Shown here: positions 19,286 through 29,514 of the stretch, piece after piece
Layout: each line of letters starts with the position of its first letter
Position numbering within the stretch: position 1 is the stretch's first letter
DNA from: Mycoplasma sp. CAG:956
Lineage (GTDB): Bacteria > Bacillota_I > Bacilli_A > RF39 > UBA660
DNA length: 64,000 bases
Assembly: GCA_000433475.1 (NCBI GenBank)
Contig: HF993110.1
Location: 131,112-195,111 of the forward strand
Direction of reading: 5' to 3'
The notes under the pieces: model-generated
Database searches by the model: none
What the model saw: the letters and a program-made list of their open reading frames with translations, nothing else
Told to the model about the DNA's origin: nothing
Translations under genes and position numbers: made by a program

Positions 19286-21712
19286 ATGAAAAAAGATATA
19301 GTAAACTTAAGTAAAGAAGAATATGAATATTTAAAAAGTATAGATTTAAATTTAACAAAAGAAACAGAAATTTATTTTGATTATGATCTAATCATGGCAA
19401 ATATTGACAAGACACCAAGAGAAATAATTCAAATGGATGATACCATTGATAGAAGATTCTTATCATGGTTTGATAAATTATTTGCTAGTAATCTTGAAAA
19501 CTTTTTTGGAGATTATTATAAAACTAATATTAGTGGTAATAAAGCACCAGGAAATGAAAAATGTCCATTAAATAATAAAGAAAGTGAAGAATATAAAGAT
19601 TATATTAAGTATAAAAAAATATTTGCTTTATCTTTAAGAGCCATGGCTTGTGGAAAAGCTAAAGCAATACAAGAAGCTTTCAATTCTAGTGGTAATATTT
19701 GTCAAATTGAAAATGAAGCTGCAAAAGAATATACACATTCAATGAAAGAACTTATTGGTGATGATTTTACCAAACCATCATCTGACTATATAATTATTGA
19801 TAACCGAGTAGAACTATATAAAAGTATAATAAAAGATAGAAAAAAACCAAAATTAGCTTCATCAACTAGCTTCGATGATATCATACAAATAGTAGAAAAA
19901 AGTCTTAATAAAAAGGAACTTACTGACAAAGAAGCAGAAATAGATGATTATATTGCTGATACTCTAGGCTATGACTCTGTTTATGATGCCATAAATCCTA
20001 GAAGCTGTTATTATGTTGATAACTATCTAAATTTAATCTTTATTATCAGAGCTTTAGCAGATAGTTCTCAAAATAAAGATTATTCTAAAGTATATAAACA
20101 AGTTTTATCTCAGAAGAAAGATATTTCTCAAGATGTTGATGAAGTAATGCCAAAAGGATATAAAAATACAGAAATAGGCAAAGCTCTCTTAGAGTTAGAT
20201 GCTTATATTGTTGGAATAAACGTATCTAATATATATCAAGAATATAGTCAATATCTTATTAATAATGCAGCTAACTTTGGCATTTTAGGTAATACTGATG
20301 GTTTAAGTAAGGAAGAAATAGCTACTAAAAATCAAGAGTATTTTGATAGAAAAGACCATGGTAAAGAAGTAGCTTATCAAGTTGACTATAAAGATGGTAC
20401 ATATGAATTTAATCCTAAATTAACTGATAGTGAAATTGATAATGATAAAAAAACAATAAGCGATGTTCGTAATAAATTAGAAAATGATAATGCCAAACAG
20501 GCAATTACTAATGACTTAATAGCTATTATCGATAAATTAATAGATAAAAAAGAATTAAATGAAAGTGAACGTGCTTTATTAACTAGCAATGGTATTGCTG
20601 AAAACTTAAGTGAAGATGAATTAAAAGCCAAAAAATCTGAATTAAATAATACTTATAATAATTTACATAACGAAGCTAATACAAGAGCTAATAAAATAAA
20701 AGCCTTAGTTAAAGCTAGTGATATTATTGGCTATAAGAAAAAAGCTGCTAAAAATAAAGACAAAGTGATCAACAAGACTCCAGCACTAGAAAAATGGACA
20801 AAAAACATTGCTAAAGTAGCCTTCCCATTCTTAGGAGGAGCCATAGGAGCCAACTTAGCCTTCGTTTTAGGACCAGTTGGCATTGTGGCTACAAATGCTA
20901 TTGGTATTTTCATTATTACTCAAGCAAGAGCTTACGCTAATATTTTAGAAGAACAAGAACTAAATGGTGATGAAATAGAAATTGAATCTATTGAAAAACC
21001 AACTAATAAAGTTTGTAACAAAGTAAGTAGCTTACTTCGTAAAGCACATTTAGACAAAATATCCAAATTCAATATGTTTGAAAAATTATCAAATACCAGA
21101 TTTAAAGCTGTAAATAAGTTCTTTGGTAACAAAGATGTATTAAGAATTATTGCTAATACTGTTACTACTGGGTTAATTGCTATGGATTTAGGAGCTTTGA
21201 AAAATGCTATTTCTAACAAGCTTGCTGCTAAAAATCAACAAAGTAATACAGTTGAAAATCCAAGTAAGGAAACTGGAAATACTGACCCAAGTGCTGGGAA
21301 TACTGAGCCTAGTATTGATGCCAGCACAGGTACAGGTTCTAATCTTGGCGATAGCAATGTGCATACCGACCCAGAACCAATTTCGATGAAACTAGGAGAT
21401 AATATCGGCTCTGATAGCCAAATTCTTAACGGTTACAAAACTTCTTATGATGCTTATAACGGTGTAAATTCTGTTCGTTTGAATCAAGATATTCTAAATG
21501 ACGGTAATACAATTATTAAAAATCTTTTCTACAACAATAATGGTAAAATGGTTAAATTGCCAATTAATCAAGGTGAAGATATAGCTGATGCCATTGCTAG
21601 ATTAGGTATTGACCCTAAAGATGTTGTAGCTAACCTTACTAATGCAAGTGGTACCGGTAGAGCTTGGGCAAGCATAGGCGATGTAGCTAAAACTCTAGGA
21701 AGAAGTTTATAA
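19286..21712 (+). CDS. large hypothetical membrane-anchored protein (808 aa). Soluble coiled-coil N-terminal region, a Gly-zipper two-helix hairpin and a C-terminal roughly 120-aa domain after a Gly/Ser/Thr/Asn/Asp-rich linker
   Basis: ORF track; hydrophobic hairpin VAFPFLGGAIGANLAFVLGPVGIVATNAIGIFIIT; no catalytic motif recognised. Confidence 0.6.
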   Translation: MKKDIVNLSKEEYEYLKSIDLNLTKETEIYFDYDLIMANIDKTPREIIQMDDTIDRRFLSWFDKLFASNLENFFGDYYKTNISGNKAPGNEKCPLNNKESEEYKDYIKYKKIFALSLRAMACGKAKAIQEAFNSSGNICQIENEAAKEYTHSMKELIGDDFTKPSSDYIIIDNRVELYKSIIKDRKKPKLASSTSFDDIIQIVEKSLNKKELTDKEAEIDDYIADTLGYDSVYDAINPRSCYYVDNYLNLIFIIRALADSSQNKDYSKVYKQVLSQKKDISQDVDEVMPKGYKNTEIGKALLELDAYIVGINVSNIYQEYSQYLINNAANFGILGNTDGLSKEEIATKNQEYFDRKDHGKEVAYQVDYKDGTYEFNPKLTDSEIDNDKKTISDVRNKLENDNAKQAITNDLIAIIDKLIDKKELNESERALLTSNGIAENLSEDELKAKKSELNNTYNNLHNEANTRANKIKALVKASDIIGYKKKAAKNKDKVINKTPALEKWTKNIAKVAFPFLGGAIGANLAFVLGPVGIVATNAIGIFIITQARAYANILEEQELNGDEIEIESIEKPTNKVCNKVSSLLRKAHLDKISKFNMFEKLSNTRFKAVNKFFGNKDVLRIIANTVTTGLIAMDLGALKNAISNKLAAKNQQSNTVENPSKETGNTDPSAGNTEPSIDASTGTGSNLGDSNVHTDPEPISMKLGDNIGSDSQILNGYKTSYDAYNGVNSVRLNQDILNDGNTIIKNLFYNNNGKMVKLPINQGEDIADAIARLGIDPKDVVANLTNASGTGRAWASIGDVAKTLGRSL

Positions 21713-21969
21713 TGAAGGATAAAATAATTAATTTAAAAGATGGAACTTCTATTTACATAGCTGATGAAATGGATTATCAAGGAAGAAGATACGTTTACGG
21801 CTTACAATATGATAAAATGACTACCAATGTTACTGCTAAATACTATATATTAGAAGTTGTTGTTAGCGATAACAAATTAAAATTAAAAAAGATAGAAGAT
21901 AAAAATTTGAAAGATGAAATTTATACTAAATTTACATCTAACCAGTTTGCTAAAATTTTAGAAGATTAA
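21712..21969 (+). CDS. small hypothetical protein B (85 aa), paralog of the 19029..19283 product
   Basis: TAATG overlap with the upstream gene; shared pattern with protein A (SIYIADEMDYQGRRYVYGL ... KYYILEV). Confidence 0.55.
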   Translation: MKDKIINLKDGTSIYIADEMDYQGRRYVYGLQYDKMTTNVTAKYYILEVVVSDNKLKLKKIEDKNLKDEIYTKFTSNQFAKILED

Positions 21970-21975
21970 ATAAAG

Positions 21976-22005
21976 AGTTTTGCATGAAAAATGCAAAACT
22001 TTTTC
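21976..22005 (+). terminator. Rho-independent terminator
   Basis: Perfect 10-bp stem agttttgcat/atgcaaaact, 5-nt loop, T5. Confidence 0.7.
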
Positions 22006-22058
22006 TAAAATTATAGAATAAAAAAATATCCTAATGTATAATAATTAAGAGGTTTAAT

Positions 22059-22964
22059 ATGCACGAAGTAATAACAGTTCAAAAATTTAGTGAAAACGAA
22101 TGGCTTATTGATGGCATTCTAGAAGGCAATCAAAATGCTCAAAATGTTGTAATAATGCTTCATGAAGGTGGCTACAACCGAGATGAAAATGGTCTTTTCC
22201 CTGTAATTGAAGGCAGTGCAATCAAAAAAGAAAATAATAAAATAATTTTTCAAACAAAAAGCTATGGCAACTATGAAATCCTAACAAACTCCTTAATTAA
22301 AAATGATGAGTTTGCTACATTTCGCTATGACCTTCGCAATCATGGTAAAAGTCTAGTAAACGATAAAATGGATAAACGTGATACTTTATATATGCGTCTT
22401 GCCAAAGACTTACGCGATGTAATTAAATATTTAAAAAATAAGTATTCTTTTAAAAAAATATATTTCATCGGTACTGGCATAGGAGCTTTAGTAATTGAAT
22501 ATTATTTAACGAAAATAAATGATATACCTTTGAATGACATAAAACAAATACACCTTATTTGTCCTAATTCGCCAAAAATAATCTATAATCTTAATCCTAA
22601 ATATCAATTTAGCTATCAAAAACAAGAATACTTACTTCACCATAATACACAATTTACTAAAATAAAAGGAATATTTGAAGGCAAAAAAACTATCTATGAA
22701 GCTGAAGAAAACTACGATATTGAAATAGAATTTGCTAAATTGCAACTAAAAACGATTTATTATTTATCAACAACAGATAAATTAATTCCTTTAGAACTTT
22801 ATCTTAAAATATTAAATAAGGCTCAAGAAATAAATCATAATATACAATATGAAATCATTACTAAATTGAATGATTATGGCAATACCGATCATGGTTTGTA
22901 TGACAAAGAATCTAGTACATACCTTTTGAAACAAATATATCAAATTATTATTGATAATCATTAG
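22059..22964 (+). CDS. alpha/beta-hydrolase-fold protein lacking the nucleophile serine (probable pseudo-enzyme)
   Basis: HGKS oxyanion region (DLRNHGKS) and C-terminal D...H, but the nucleophile elbow reads GTGIG instead of GxSxG. Confidence 0.5.
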   Translation: MHEVITVQKFSENEWLIDGILEGNQNAQNVVIMLHEGGYNRDENGLFPVIEGSAIKKENNKIIFQTKSYGNYEILTNSLIKNDEFATFRYDLRNHGKSLVNDKMDKRDTLYMRLAKDLRDVIKYLKNKYSFKKIYFIGTGIGALVIEYYLTKINDIPLNDIKQIHLICPNSPKIIYNLNPKYQFSYQKQEYLLHHNTQFTKIKGIFEGKKTIYEAEENYDIEIEFAKLQLKTIYYLSTTDKLIPLELYLKILNKAQEINHNIQYEIITKLNDYGNTDHGLYDKESSTYLLKQIYQIIIDNH

Positions 22965-22998
22965 TAAATAATATTTATAAGAAGAAAGGAAGATAAAA

Positions 22999-24324
22999 AT
23001 GAATGAAATAAAATGTCCACACTGCAAGACCGTTTTTCAAATTGATGAACAGTCTTATAATTCAATTGCTAAGCAAGTAAGAGATGAAGAATTTAGAAAG
23101 GATTTACAAGAACGAGAAAAACAATTTAATAGCGAAAAAGATACAGCTTTAGAAATTCAAGAAGCTAATTTAGAAAGAAAATATGAAAAAGTGAGTCAAA
23201 CCTTAAAAGATGAATATACAAAAAAACTAAATGACCAACAAGTTAAAATAAACGAATTAACCTCTAAATTAGAAAATATCAATAATGACCATGCTAATGC
23301 TATAAAACTTCAAGAAACTAAATATCAATTAGAACTACAAGAAGAAAAATCAAAGAATATTCAAGAATTAGAAAAGGTAACAACAAAATTAGAAACCTCT
23401 AAAAGTGAGTATTTGATAAAAGAAACTTCCTTAAAAGCAACTTATGAAGAAAAATTAAAAGCTAAAGACGAACAAATAGCATATTACAAAGATTTTAAAG
23501 CCAGACAATCTACTAAAATGGTAGGTGAATCTTTAGAGGTACACTGTAATACAGAGTTTAACAAATTAAGACCATTATTTAAAAATGCTTACTTTGAAAA
23601 AGATAATGATGCTAAAACTGGCTCTAAAGGCGATTTCATCTTTAAAGATTATGATGATGAAGGTACCGAAATTACCTCAATAATGTTTGAAATGAAAAAT
23701 GAGGCCGATATGACCGCTAGTAAGCATAAGAATGAAGACTTCTTTAAAGAATTAGATAAAGATCGTCATGAAAAAAATTGTGAATATGCTGTATTAGTAT
23801 CGCTACTTGAAATTGACAATGACTATTATAATACTGGTATCGTAGATGTTAGTTATCGCTATCCTAAAATGTATGTTATTAGACCTCAATTTTTTATTCC
23901 TTTAATAACATTAATAAGAAGTATGGGGTTAAATACTTTAGATTATAAGAAGGAACTAGAAATAGTTCAGAATCAAAATATTGATATTTCTAACTTTGAA
24001 GATAGCTTAAATAAATTTAAAAATGATTTTGGTCGTAATTATGCTCTAGCCAGTAAAAAATTTACTACTGCCATTGAGGAAATTGATAAAACAATTGATC
24101 ACTTACAAAAAACTAAAGAAGCCTTATTATCAAGCGATAAAAACTTACGAATTGCTAATGATAAAATTGATAACATAACTATTAAGAAGTTAACTAATAA
24201 TAGTAAAAGCATTCGTGATATGTTTACTAAATTAAAAGAAGAAAAAGTTATTTCTAAAAAAGGTGATAGTGCTAAAGAAGAAACTGATGATAATAAATTA
24301 TTATCAGAAGATTTAAATGATTAA
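22999..24324 (+). CDS. DUF2130-like protein: N-terminal zinc ribbon, long coiled coil, PD-(D/E)xK nuclease-like core
   Basis: CPHCKTVF ribbon; heptad-rich 40-170; E...D...ExK triad candidates GESLE / GDFIF / FEMKNE. Confidence 0.55.
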   Translation: MNEIKCPHCKTVFQIDEQSYNSIAKQVRDEEFRKDLQEREKQFNSEKDTALEIQEANLERKYEKVSQTLKDEYTKKLNDQQVKINELTSKLENINNDHANAIKLQETKYQLELQEEKSKNIQELEKVTTKLETSKSEYLIKETSLKATYEEKLKAKDEQIAYYKDFKARQSTKMVGESLEVHCNTEFNKLRPLFKNAYFEKDNDAKTGSKGDFIFKDYDDEGTEITSIMFEMKNEADMTASKHKNEDFFKELDKDRHEKNCEYAVLVSLLEIDNDYYNTGIVDVSYRYPKMYVIRPQFFIPLITLIRSMGLNTLDYKKELEIVQNQNIDISNFEDSLNKFKNDFGRNYALASKKFTTAIEEIDKTIDHLQKTKEALLSSDKNLRIANDKIDNITIKKLTNNSKSIRDMFTKLKEEKVISKKGDSAKEETDDNKLLSEDLND

Positions 24325-24344
24325 TAAAAGTATATTAAGAAATT

Positions 24345-24380
24345 AAAGTCACATATAATACTAATACTAGTGACTTTTTT
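24345..24380 (+). terminator. Rho-independent terminator
   Basis: 8-bp stem aaagtcac/gtgacttt (17-nt loop) followed by T6 (approx). Confidence 0.5.
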
Positions 24381-24488
24381 AAAACTGATTGGCATCAACT
24401 TTACATAATAATAAAAATATTTATTTAATTTTCTGATATTTTTTATAAAATTTGGTATACTCAAATTAAGGATAGGTGATTTATTTAA

Positions 24489-25517
24489 ATGAAAGCATTA
24501 ACTTTGGTAGAACCAAAAAAATTTGCAATAATTGAAAAAGATATACCAGTAGCTACTGGTAATAAGGTTGTTATAAAGGTCAAAAGAACTGGAATATGTG
24601 GCTCAGATATCCATATGATTTGGCAAACTGGTTATAATGCTGGTACTAATTTTGTTATTGGACATGAATTTGCTGGTGAAATATATGATTCAGGTAACAG
24701 TACAATATTTAAAAATGGCGATAGAGTTGTTGCCATGGAAATTGGCTCTTGCTTAAAAGATACTTGTGAGTTCTGTGGTACAGGTCATGAAAATATTTGT
24801 GACCATGTTTTAGAAGGCGGTCCAGGTATTGGCTCTGATGGTGGTTATGGACAATATGTTGCTGTAAGAGAGGATATGGTTAGATTCCTACCAGATAATG
24901 TTAGTTTTACTGCAGGTGCTATGGTAGAACCAGCTTCAATTTCTATGCACGGTTTAAAACTTGCTAAAGTAAATGAAAATAGTAAAGTATTAATAACTGG
25001 TTGTGGTCCAATTGGAATGTTTGCGGCAGCTTGTGCTCATGCTCTAGATGTTAAAGAAGTTTATATAACCGAGACTAATAACGATAGAATAAAATTGGTT
25101 ACCGATTCAGGCTTTGTAAAGAAGGCTTTTGATGCTAAAGATGACCAAATTGATAATAAGTTAAAAGAAGTAGCACCATCAGGCTTTGATGCTGTAATTG
25201 AATGCTCTGGTAATCAAAAAGCTAGTACAATGGGATTAAATCATTTGAAAAAAGGTGGCGAAATGGTTTTAATTGCTTATGGCAATGCCCCAGAAATAAA
25301 TGTATTTAACTTTGTTAACAATGAATATCATTTGTCAGGTAGCTTGTTCTTTACCACTAAAGAATTTGAAAGTGTTATCAAATTAATGCATGAAGGAAAA
25401 TTAAATCTTGAATCTTATGCTAAAGAGATAGAAATGACAGATGTTCAAACATCATTAGAAAATTTTGAAAAAGGAACGGATTGTCCAATCAAATTTGTTA
25501 TTAAGATGAATGATTAA
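24489..25517 (+). CDS. zinc-dependent alcohol dehydrogenase (MDR family; sorbitol/threonine dehydrogenase-like)
   Basis: GICGSDIH, GHEFAGEI, structural-Zn Cys cluster CEFCGTGHENIC, Rossmann GCGPIG. Confidence 0.85.
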   Translation: MKALTLVEPKKFAIIEKDIPVATGNKVVIKVKRTGICGSDIHMIWQTGYNAGTNFVIGHEFAGEIYDSGNSTIFKNGDRVVAMEIGSCLKDTCEFCGTGHENICDHVLEGGPGIGSDGGYGQYVAVREDMVRFLPDNVSFTAGAMVEPASISMHGLKLAKVNENSKVLITGCGPIGMFAAACAHALDVKEVYITETNNDRIKLVTDSGFVKKAFDAKDDQIDNKLKEVAPSGFDAVIECSGNQKASTMGLNHLKKGGEMVLIAYGNAPEINVFNFVNNEYHLSGSLFFTTKEFESVIKLMHEGKLNLESYAKEIEMTDVQTSLENFEKGTDCPIKFVIKMND

Positions 25518-25546
25518 AATTAAATAAATATGAATTAATTTAAAAA

Positions 25547-25587
25547 AAGAATAACTATATAACTTTACTGGTGGTTATTCTTTTTTC
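25547..25587 (+). terminator. Rho-independent terminator
   Basis: 9-bp stem aagaataac/gttattctt followed by T6 (approx). Confidence 0.55.
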
Positions 25588-25781
25588 TTGTATTTATTAC
25601 TGAATAATGCTAGAATTATAGGCGAAAACTTAAGTATTATTAAGATTTAAATAAATGAATTTTAAAAATTAAACTAAAAAATAAGTCTTATATATTAAAA
25701 TAAATAAAAAGTACAGTATTAACACTTAATAATTAATTAAACTAATAATAAATAAATTAAAATTTATTGGAGGAATTAAAT

Positions 25782-27737
25782 ATGTTTGAATTAGTATCAA
25801 AATATCAACCAAGTGGTGACCAACCAAAAGCTATTAAGGAGTTAGTAGATGGTCTAAATGAAGGTAAAAAAGAACAGGTTTTACTGGGAGCTACTGGTAC
25901 TGGTAAGACATTTACAATAGCTAATGTAATTGCTAAGACTAATAAACCAACTTTGGTTCTTGCTCATAATAAAACTTTAGCAGGTCAACTTTATTCAGAG
26001 TTAAAAGAATTCTTTCCACATAACCATGTCGAATACTTTGTATCTTATTATGACTATTATCAGCCAGAGGCTTACGTCCCTTCTAGCGATACTTATATAG
26101 AAAAAGATAGTTCAATTAATGATGAAATAGATGAACTACGTCATGGAGCAACATCCAGTCTAATTAATAATCGTGATGTTATCGTCGTTGCTTCCGTTTC
26201 TTGTATTTATGGTATTGGCGATAAAGAAGACTACGTTAATTCTATGCTTATTTTAAGTGTTGGTCAAAAAATTAGCCGTGGTGAAATTTTAGACCGTCTA
26301 ATTGATATGACTTATGAAAGAAATGATTTAGATTTTCATCGTGGTACTTTTAGAGTTCATGGCGATACTATTGATATTATTTTAGCTAGTGAAAAATCCC
26401 ACGGTATTAAAATTGAATTATTTGGCGATGAAGTTGACCGTATTTGTATATTTGACCCATTAACTGGGGCTTTAGAAAAACAAGTAAAAAATATCTCAAT
26501 ATTCCCAGCCACCCATTTTGTAACTAGTAAAGAAAAATTACAAGAGGCCATAAGAAGAATTCAAGCTGAATTAGATACTCGTTTGCAATACTTTAAAGAT
26601 AATAATAAACTCTTAGAAGAACAAAGACTAAGAGAACGTGTTAATTATGATATCGAAATGTTAAAAGAAACTGGATTCTGTAATGGTGTTGAAAACTATT
26701 CCCGTCACTTGGCACTTCGTGATGAAGGAGAAACTCCATCGACCTTAATGGATTTCTTTCCAGATGATTTTCTTTTGGTAGTAGATGAATCCCATGTTAC
26801 TTTACCTCAAGTTCGTGGTATGTATAATGGGGATAGAATGCGAAAGCAAACACTAGTAGATTATGGCTTTAGACTTCCTAGTGCTCTTGATAATCGTCCT
26901 TTAAAATATGAGGAATTTGAGAGAAAAATTAATCAAGTAATTTATGTTTCAGCAACTCCTGGCGACTATGAATTAGAGCATACCCATAATAAATATGTTG
27001 AGCAAATTATTAGACCAACTGGACTTTTAGACCCAAAAATTGAAGTGCGACAAACTGAAGGTCAAGTTGATGATATTATTTCAGAAATAAATATTCGCAA
27101 AAATAAAAATGAAAGAGTTCTTATTACCACTTTAACTATTAGAATGGCAGAAGAATTAACCAATTATTTAAAAGAAGTTGGCATAAAAGTTGCTTACTTA
27201 CACAGTGAAGTTAAAACTCTTGATCGTCTAAAAATTATTCACGATTTAAGATGTGGCAAATATGATTGTGTTGTCGGTATAAACCTTCTAAGAGAAGGCA
27301 TTGATATTCCAGAAGTATCACTAATTTGTATAATGGATGCTGATAAGCAAGGTTTCTTAAGAAGTACTAGAAGTTTAATTCAAACTGTTGGTCGTGCAGC
27401 AAGAAATGCAAATGGAAATGTCATAATGTATGCCGATACAATAAGTCAAGCTATGGATGAAACGATAAAAGAAACGAATCGTCGTCGCAATATTCAAGAA
27501 AAATATAATGAAGAACACAATATTACCCCAAAAACAATTATAAAAGAAATAAGAGAAGTAGTATCTAATGAAATAAAAGATGATGGTGGTAAAGAAAAGA
27601 CTAAGATGAGTAAAAAAGATAAAGCTTTATTAATGCAATCTATTGAAACTCAAATGAATGAAGCCGCTAAGAACTTAGACTTTGAACGAGCTATGGAATT
27701 AAGAGACATCTTATTTGAAATGAAATCGAACAAATAA
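25782..27737 (+). CDS. uvrB: excinuclease ABC subunit B
   Basis: Walker A GATGTGKT, helicase motifs, UVR C-terminal domain; start set to the ATG after GGAGGAA (the track TTG lies within the RBS). Confidence 0.97.
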   Translation: MFELVSKYQPSGDQPKAIKELVDGLNEGKKEQVLLGATGTGKTFTIANVIAKTNKPTLVLAHNKTLAGQLYSELKEFFPHNHVEYFVSYYDYYQPEAYVPSSDTYIEKDSSINDEIDELRHGATSSLINNRDVIVVASVSCIYGIGDKEDYVNSMLILSVGQKISRGEILDRLIDMTYERNDLDFHRGTFRVHGDTIDIILASEKSHGIKIELFGDEVDRICIFDPLTGALEKQVKNISIFPATHFVTSKEKLQEAIRRIQAELDTRLQYFKDNNKLLEEQRLRERVNYDIEMLKETGFCNGVENYSRHLALRDEGETPSTLMDFFPDDFLLVVDESHVTLPQVRGMYNGDRMRKQTLVDYGFRLPSALDNRPLKYEEFERKINQVIYVSATPGDYELEHTHNKYVEQIIRPTGLLDPKIEVRQTEGQVDDIISEINIRKNKNERVLITTLTIRMAEELTNYLKEVGIKVAYLHSEVKTLDRLKIIHDLRCGKYDCVVGINLLREGIDIPEVSLICIMDADKQGFLRSTRSLIQTVGRAARNANGNVIMYADTISQAMDETIKETNRRRNIQEKYNEEHNITPKTIIKEIREVVSNEIKDDGGKEKTKMSKKDKALLMQSIETQMNEAAKNLDFERAMELRDILFEMKSNK

Positions 27738-27838
27738 AAATAAATGGAAAATAGTTAACTAAAAATTACAAAAGGCACTATTCAAACTAAAAAAAGTTGT
27801 GCTATAATAACCCTATTAAAGAAAGAAGTGTAGTAAAA

Positions 27839-29461
27839 ATGAAAATGACATATGTAATTGGTCATAAAAAACCAGATACTGACTCAGTTTGTGCATCAAT
27901 CAGTTACTCTTATTTGAAGAATAAATTAGGTTGGACTACCGAACCAAGAGTCTTAGGAAATATTAATAAAGAAACAAAATTTGTTTTAGACTATTTTAAA
28001 GTTGAAGAGCCACATTATCTAAATGATGTTAAGGTTCAAATTAAAAATATGTCTTATTTAAAAGATGCTTACATTAATGAACATACATCTATTGCTAAAA
28101 CCTTTGAAGAACTACAAAAACTTGGTGTAACAGGTCTTCCCCTTGTAGATGAGAATAACAAATTAAAAGGTTATATCAATGTAAAAGAAATGGCTAAAAA
28201 TATTATTGAAGGTGATATTTATGAATTGAATACATCTTATGCTAACATTTTAGAAGTTTTAAATGGCAAAGAAATATTAAAATTTGATGATGAAATTAAA
28301 GGTGAAATAATAGCAGCTGCTTATAAGAGCAAAACTTTCACTGAAGGAATCGAATTAAATAATAATAATATTTTAATCGTTGCCGATAGACAATATATTA
28401 TTGATTATGCCATTGATTGTGGTGTTAAATTAATAATTATTGTTGGAGATAGAACTTTCCCAGAAGAATTACTTGAAAAAGCTGCATCTAAGAAAGTTAA
28501 TGTTATTAGTACTCCAGATTCTACTTATGTAACTGCTAATAGAATGAAATTATGTAATTATATTGAAACTATTAATATTAATCCAACACCTGTCAAGTTT
28601 ACTGATTCTGATTATCGTGATAACTTTGTTAGTATTTCTAATAAATATGGTCATACTAACTATCCAATCGTTAATCAAGATAATACATGCGTAGGTATGC
28701 TAAGATTAATTGATCAAAATAACTATGAAAAGTATAAGGTTATTTTAGTAGATCATAATCAACCAATTCAAAGTGTTGACGGCCTAGAAGAAGCCGAAAT
28801 TATGGAAATAATAGATCATCATAATTTAGGAAATTTAGGTACTCAAATTCCTATTCAATTTCGTTCAATGCCAGTAGGTTGTACTTGCACTTTAATTTAT
28901 CAAATCTATAAAGAAAATAATATTGAAATTCCTGCTAATATCGCTGGCTTAATGTTAAGTGCTATTTTATCTGATACATTATTACTTAAGAGTCCAACAA
29001 CTACTGATATGGATGTTGAAGTTGCTCGTAAATTAGCAGCTATTGCTAACCTTGACATTCAAGAATATGGTATGGCTATGTTAAAAGCTGGCTCATCAAT
29101 CGCTGGTATGACAATTCCAGAAATCGTTGAACAAGATTTCAAAACATTTAAATTAGGTGAGACATCTATCGGCATTGGTCAAGTAATGACTCTAGATTTT
29201 GATGAAATTGCTAAAGATATGCCTAAATATATTGCTCATTTAGACGATATGTGTGTAAAAAATAATTACAAATTAGCTGTATTATTCGTAACTGATGCTG
29301 TTCGTAATGGTTCTTACTTACTTTACAGCACAGGTGCAGACAGTATTATTGGTGATGCATATAAGATTAGTGATGTTAAAGAAGGAACTTACTTACCAGA
29401 TATGGTTTCTCGTAAGAAACAAATGTATCCAGCCCTTGCTGCTGTAATATCTAATAATTAA
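27839..29461 (+). CDS. ppaC: CBS-domain-containing family II inorganic pyrophosphatase (DHH-CBS-DHHA2)
   Basis: N-terminal HKKPDTDSVCAS DHH motif, internal CBS pair, DHHN motif, about 550 aa as for CBS-PPases. Confidence 0.85.
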   Translation: MKMTYVIGHKKPDTDSVCASISYSYLKNKLGWTTEPRVLGNINKETKFVLDYFKVEEPHYLNDVKVQIKNMSYLKDAYINEHTSIAKTFEELQKLGVTGLPLVDENNKLKGYINVKEMAKNIIEGDIYELNTSYANILEVLNGKEILKFDDEIKGEIIAAAYKSKTFTEGIELNNNNILIVADRQYIIDYAIDCGVKLIIIVGDRTFPEELLEKAASKKVNVISTPDSTYVTANRMKLCNYIETININPTPVKFTDSDYRDNFVSISNKYGHTNYPIVNQDNTCVGMLRLIDQNNYEKYKVILVDHNQPIQSVDGLEEAEIMEIIDHHNLGNLGTQIPIQFRSMPVGCTCTLIYQIYKENNIEIPANIAGLMLSAILSDTLLLKSPTTTDMDVEVARKLAAIANLDIQEYGMAMLKAGSSIAGMTIPEIVEQDFKTFKLGETSIGIGQVMTLDFDEIAKDMPKYIAHLDDMCVKNNYKLAVLFVTDAVRNGSYLLYSTGADSIIGDAYKISDVKEGTYLPDMVSRKKQMYPALAAVISNN

Positions 29462-29468
29462 TAAAAAT

Positions 29469-29501
29469 AAAGAAAGTCAAATAATTAAGGCTTTCTTTTT
29501 T
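29469..29501. terminator. terminator hairpin between convergent genes
   Basis: About 10-bp stem aaagaaagtc/ggctttcttt followed by T6 (approx). Confidence 0.5.
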
Positions 29502-29514
29502 ACATTTAAATAAT

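Noticed and set aside
25588-25781. SOS (LexA/Cheo) box upstream of uvrB
   Set aside because: No CGAAC-N4-GTTCG or GAAC-N4-GTTC palindrome in the AT-rich upstream region
25767-25781. Track-extended N-termini for uvrB (TTG at 25767), eno (51528), rnr (TTG at 53627), pilin (53155), CBS-PPase (27797), FemX-like (15543)
   Set aside because: The upstream start codons fall inside or before the obvious Shine-Dalgarno sequences; downstream ATG/TTG starts align with the conserved protein N-termini
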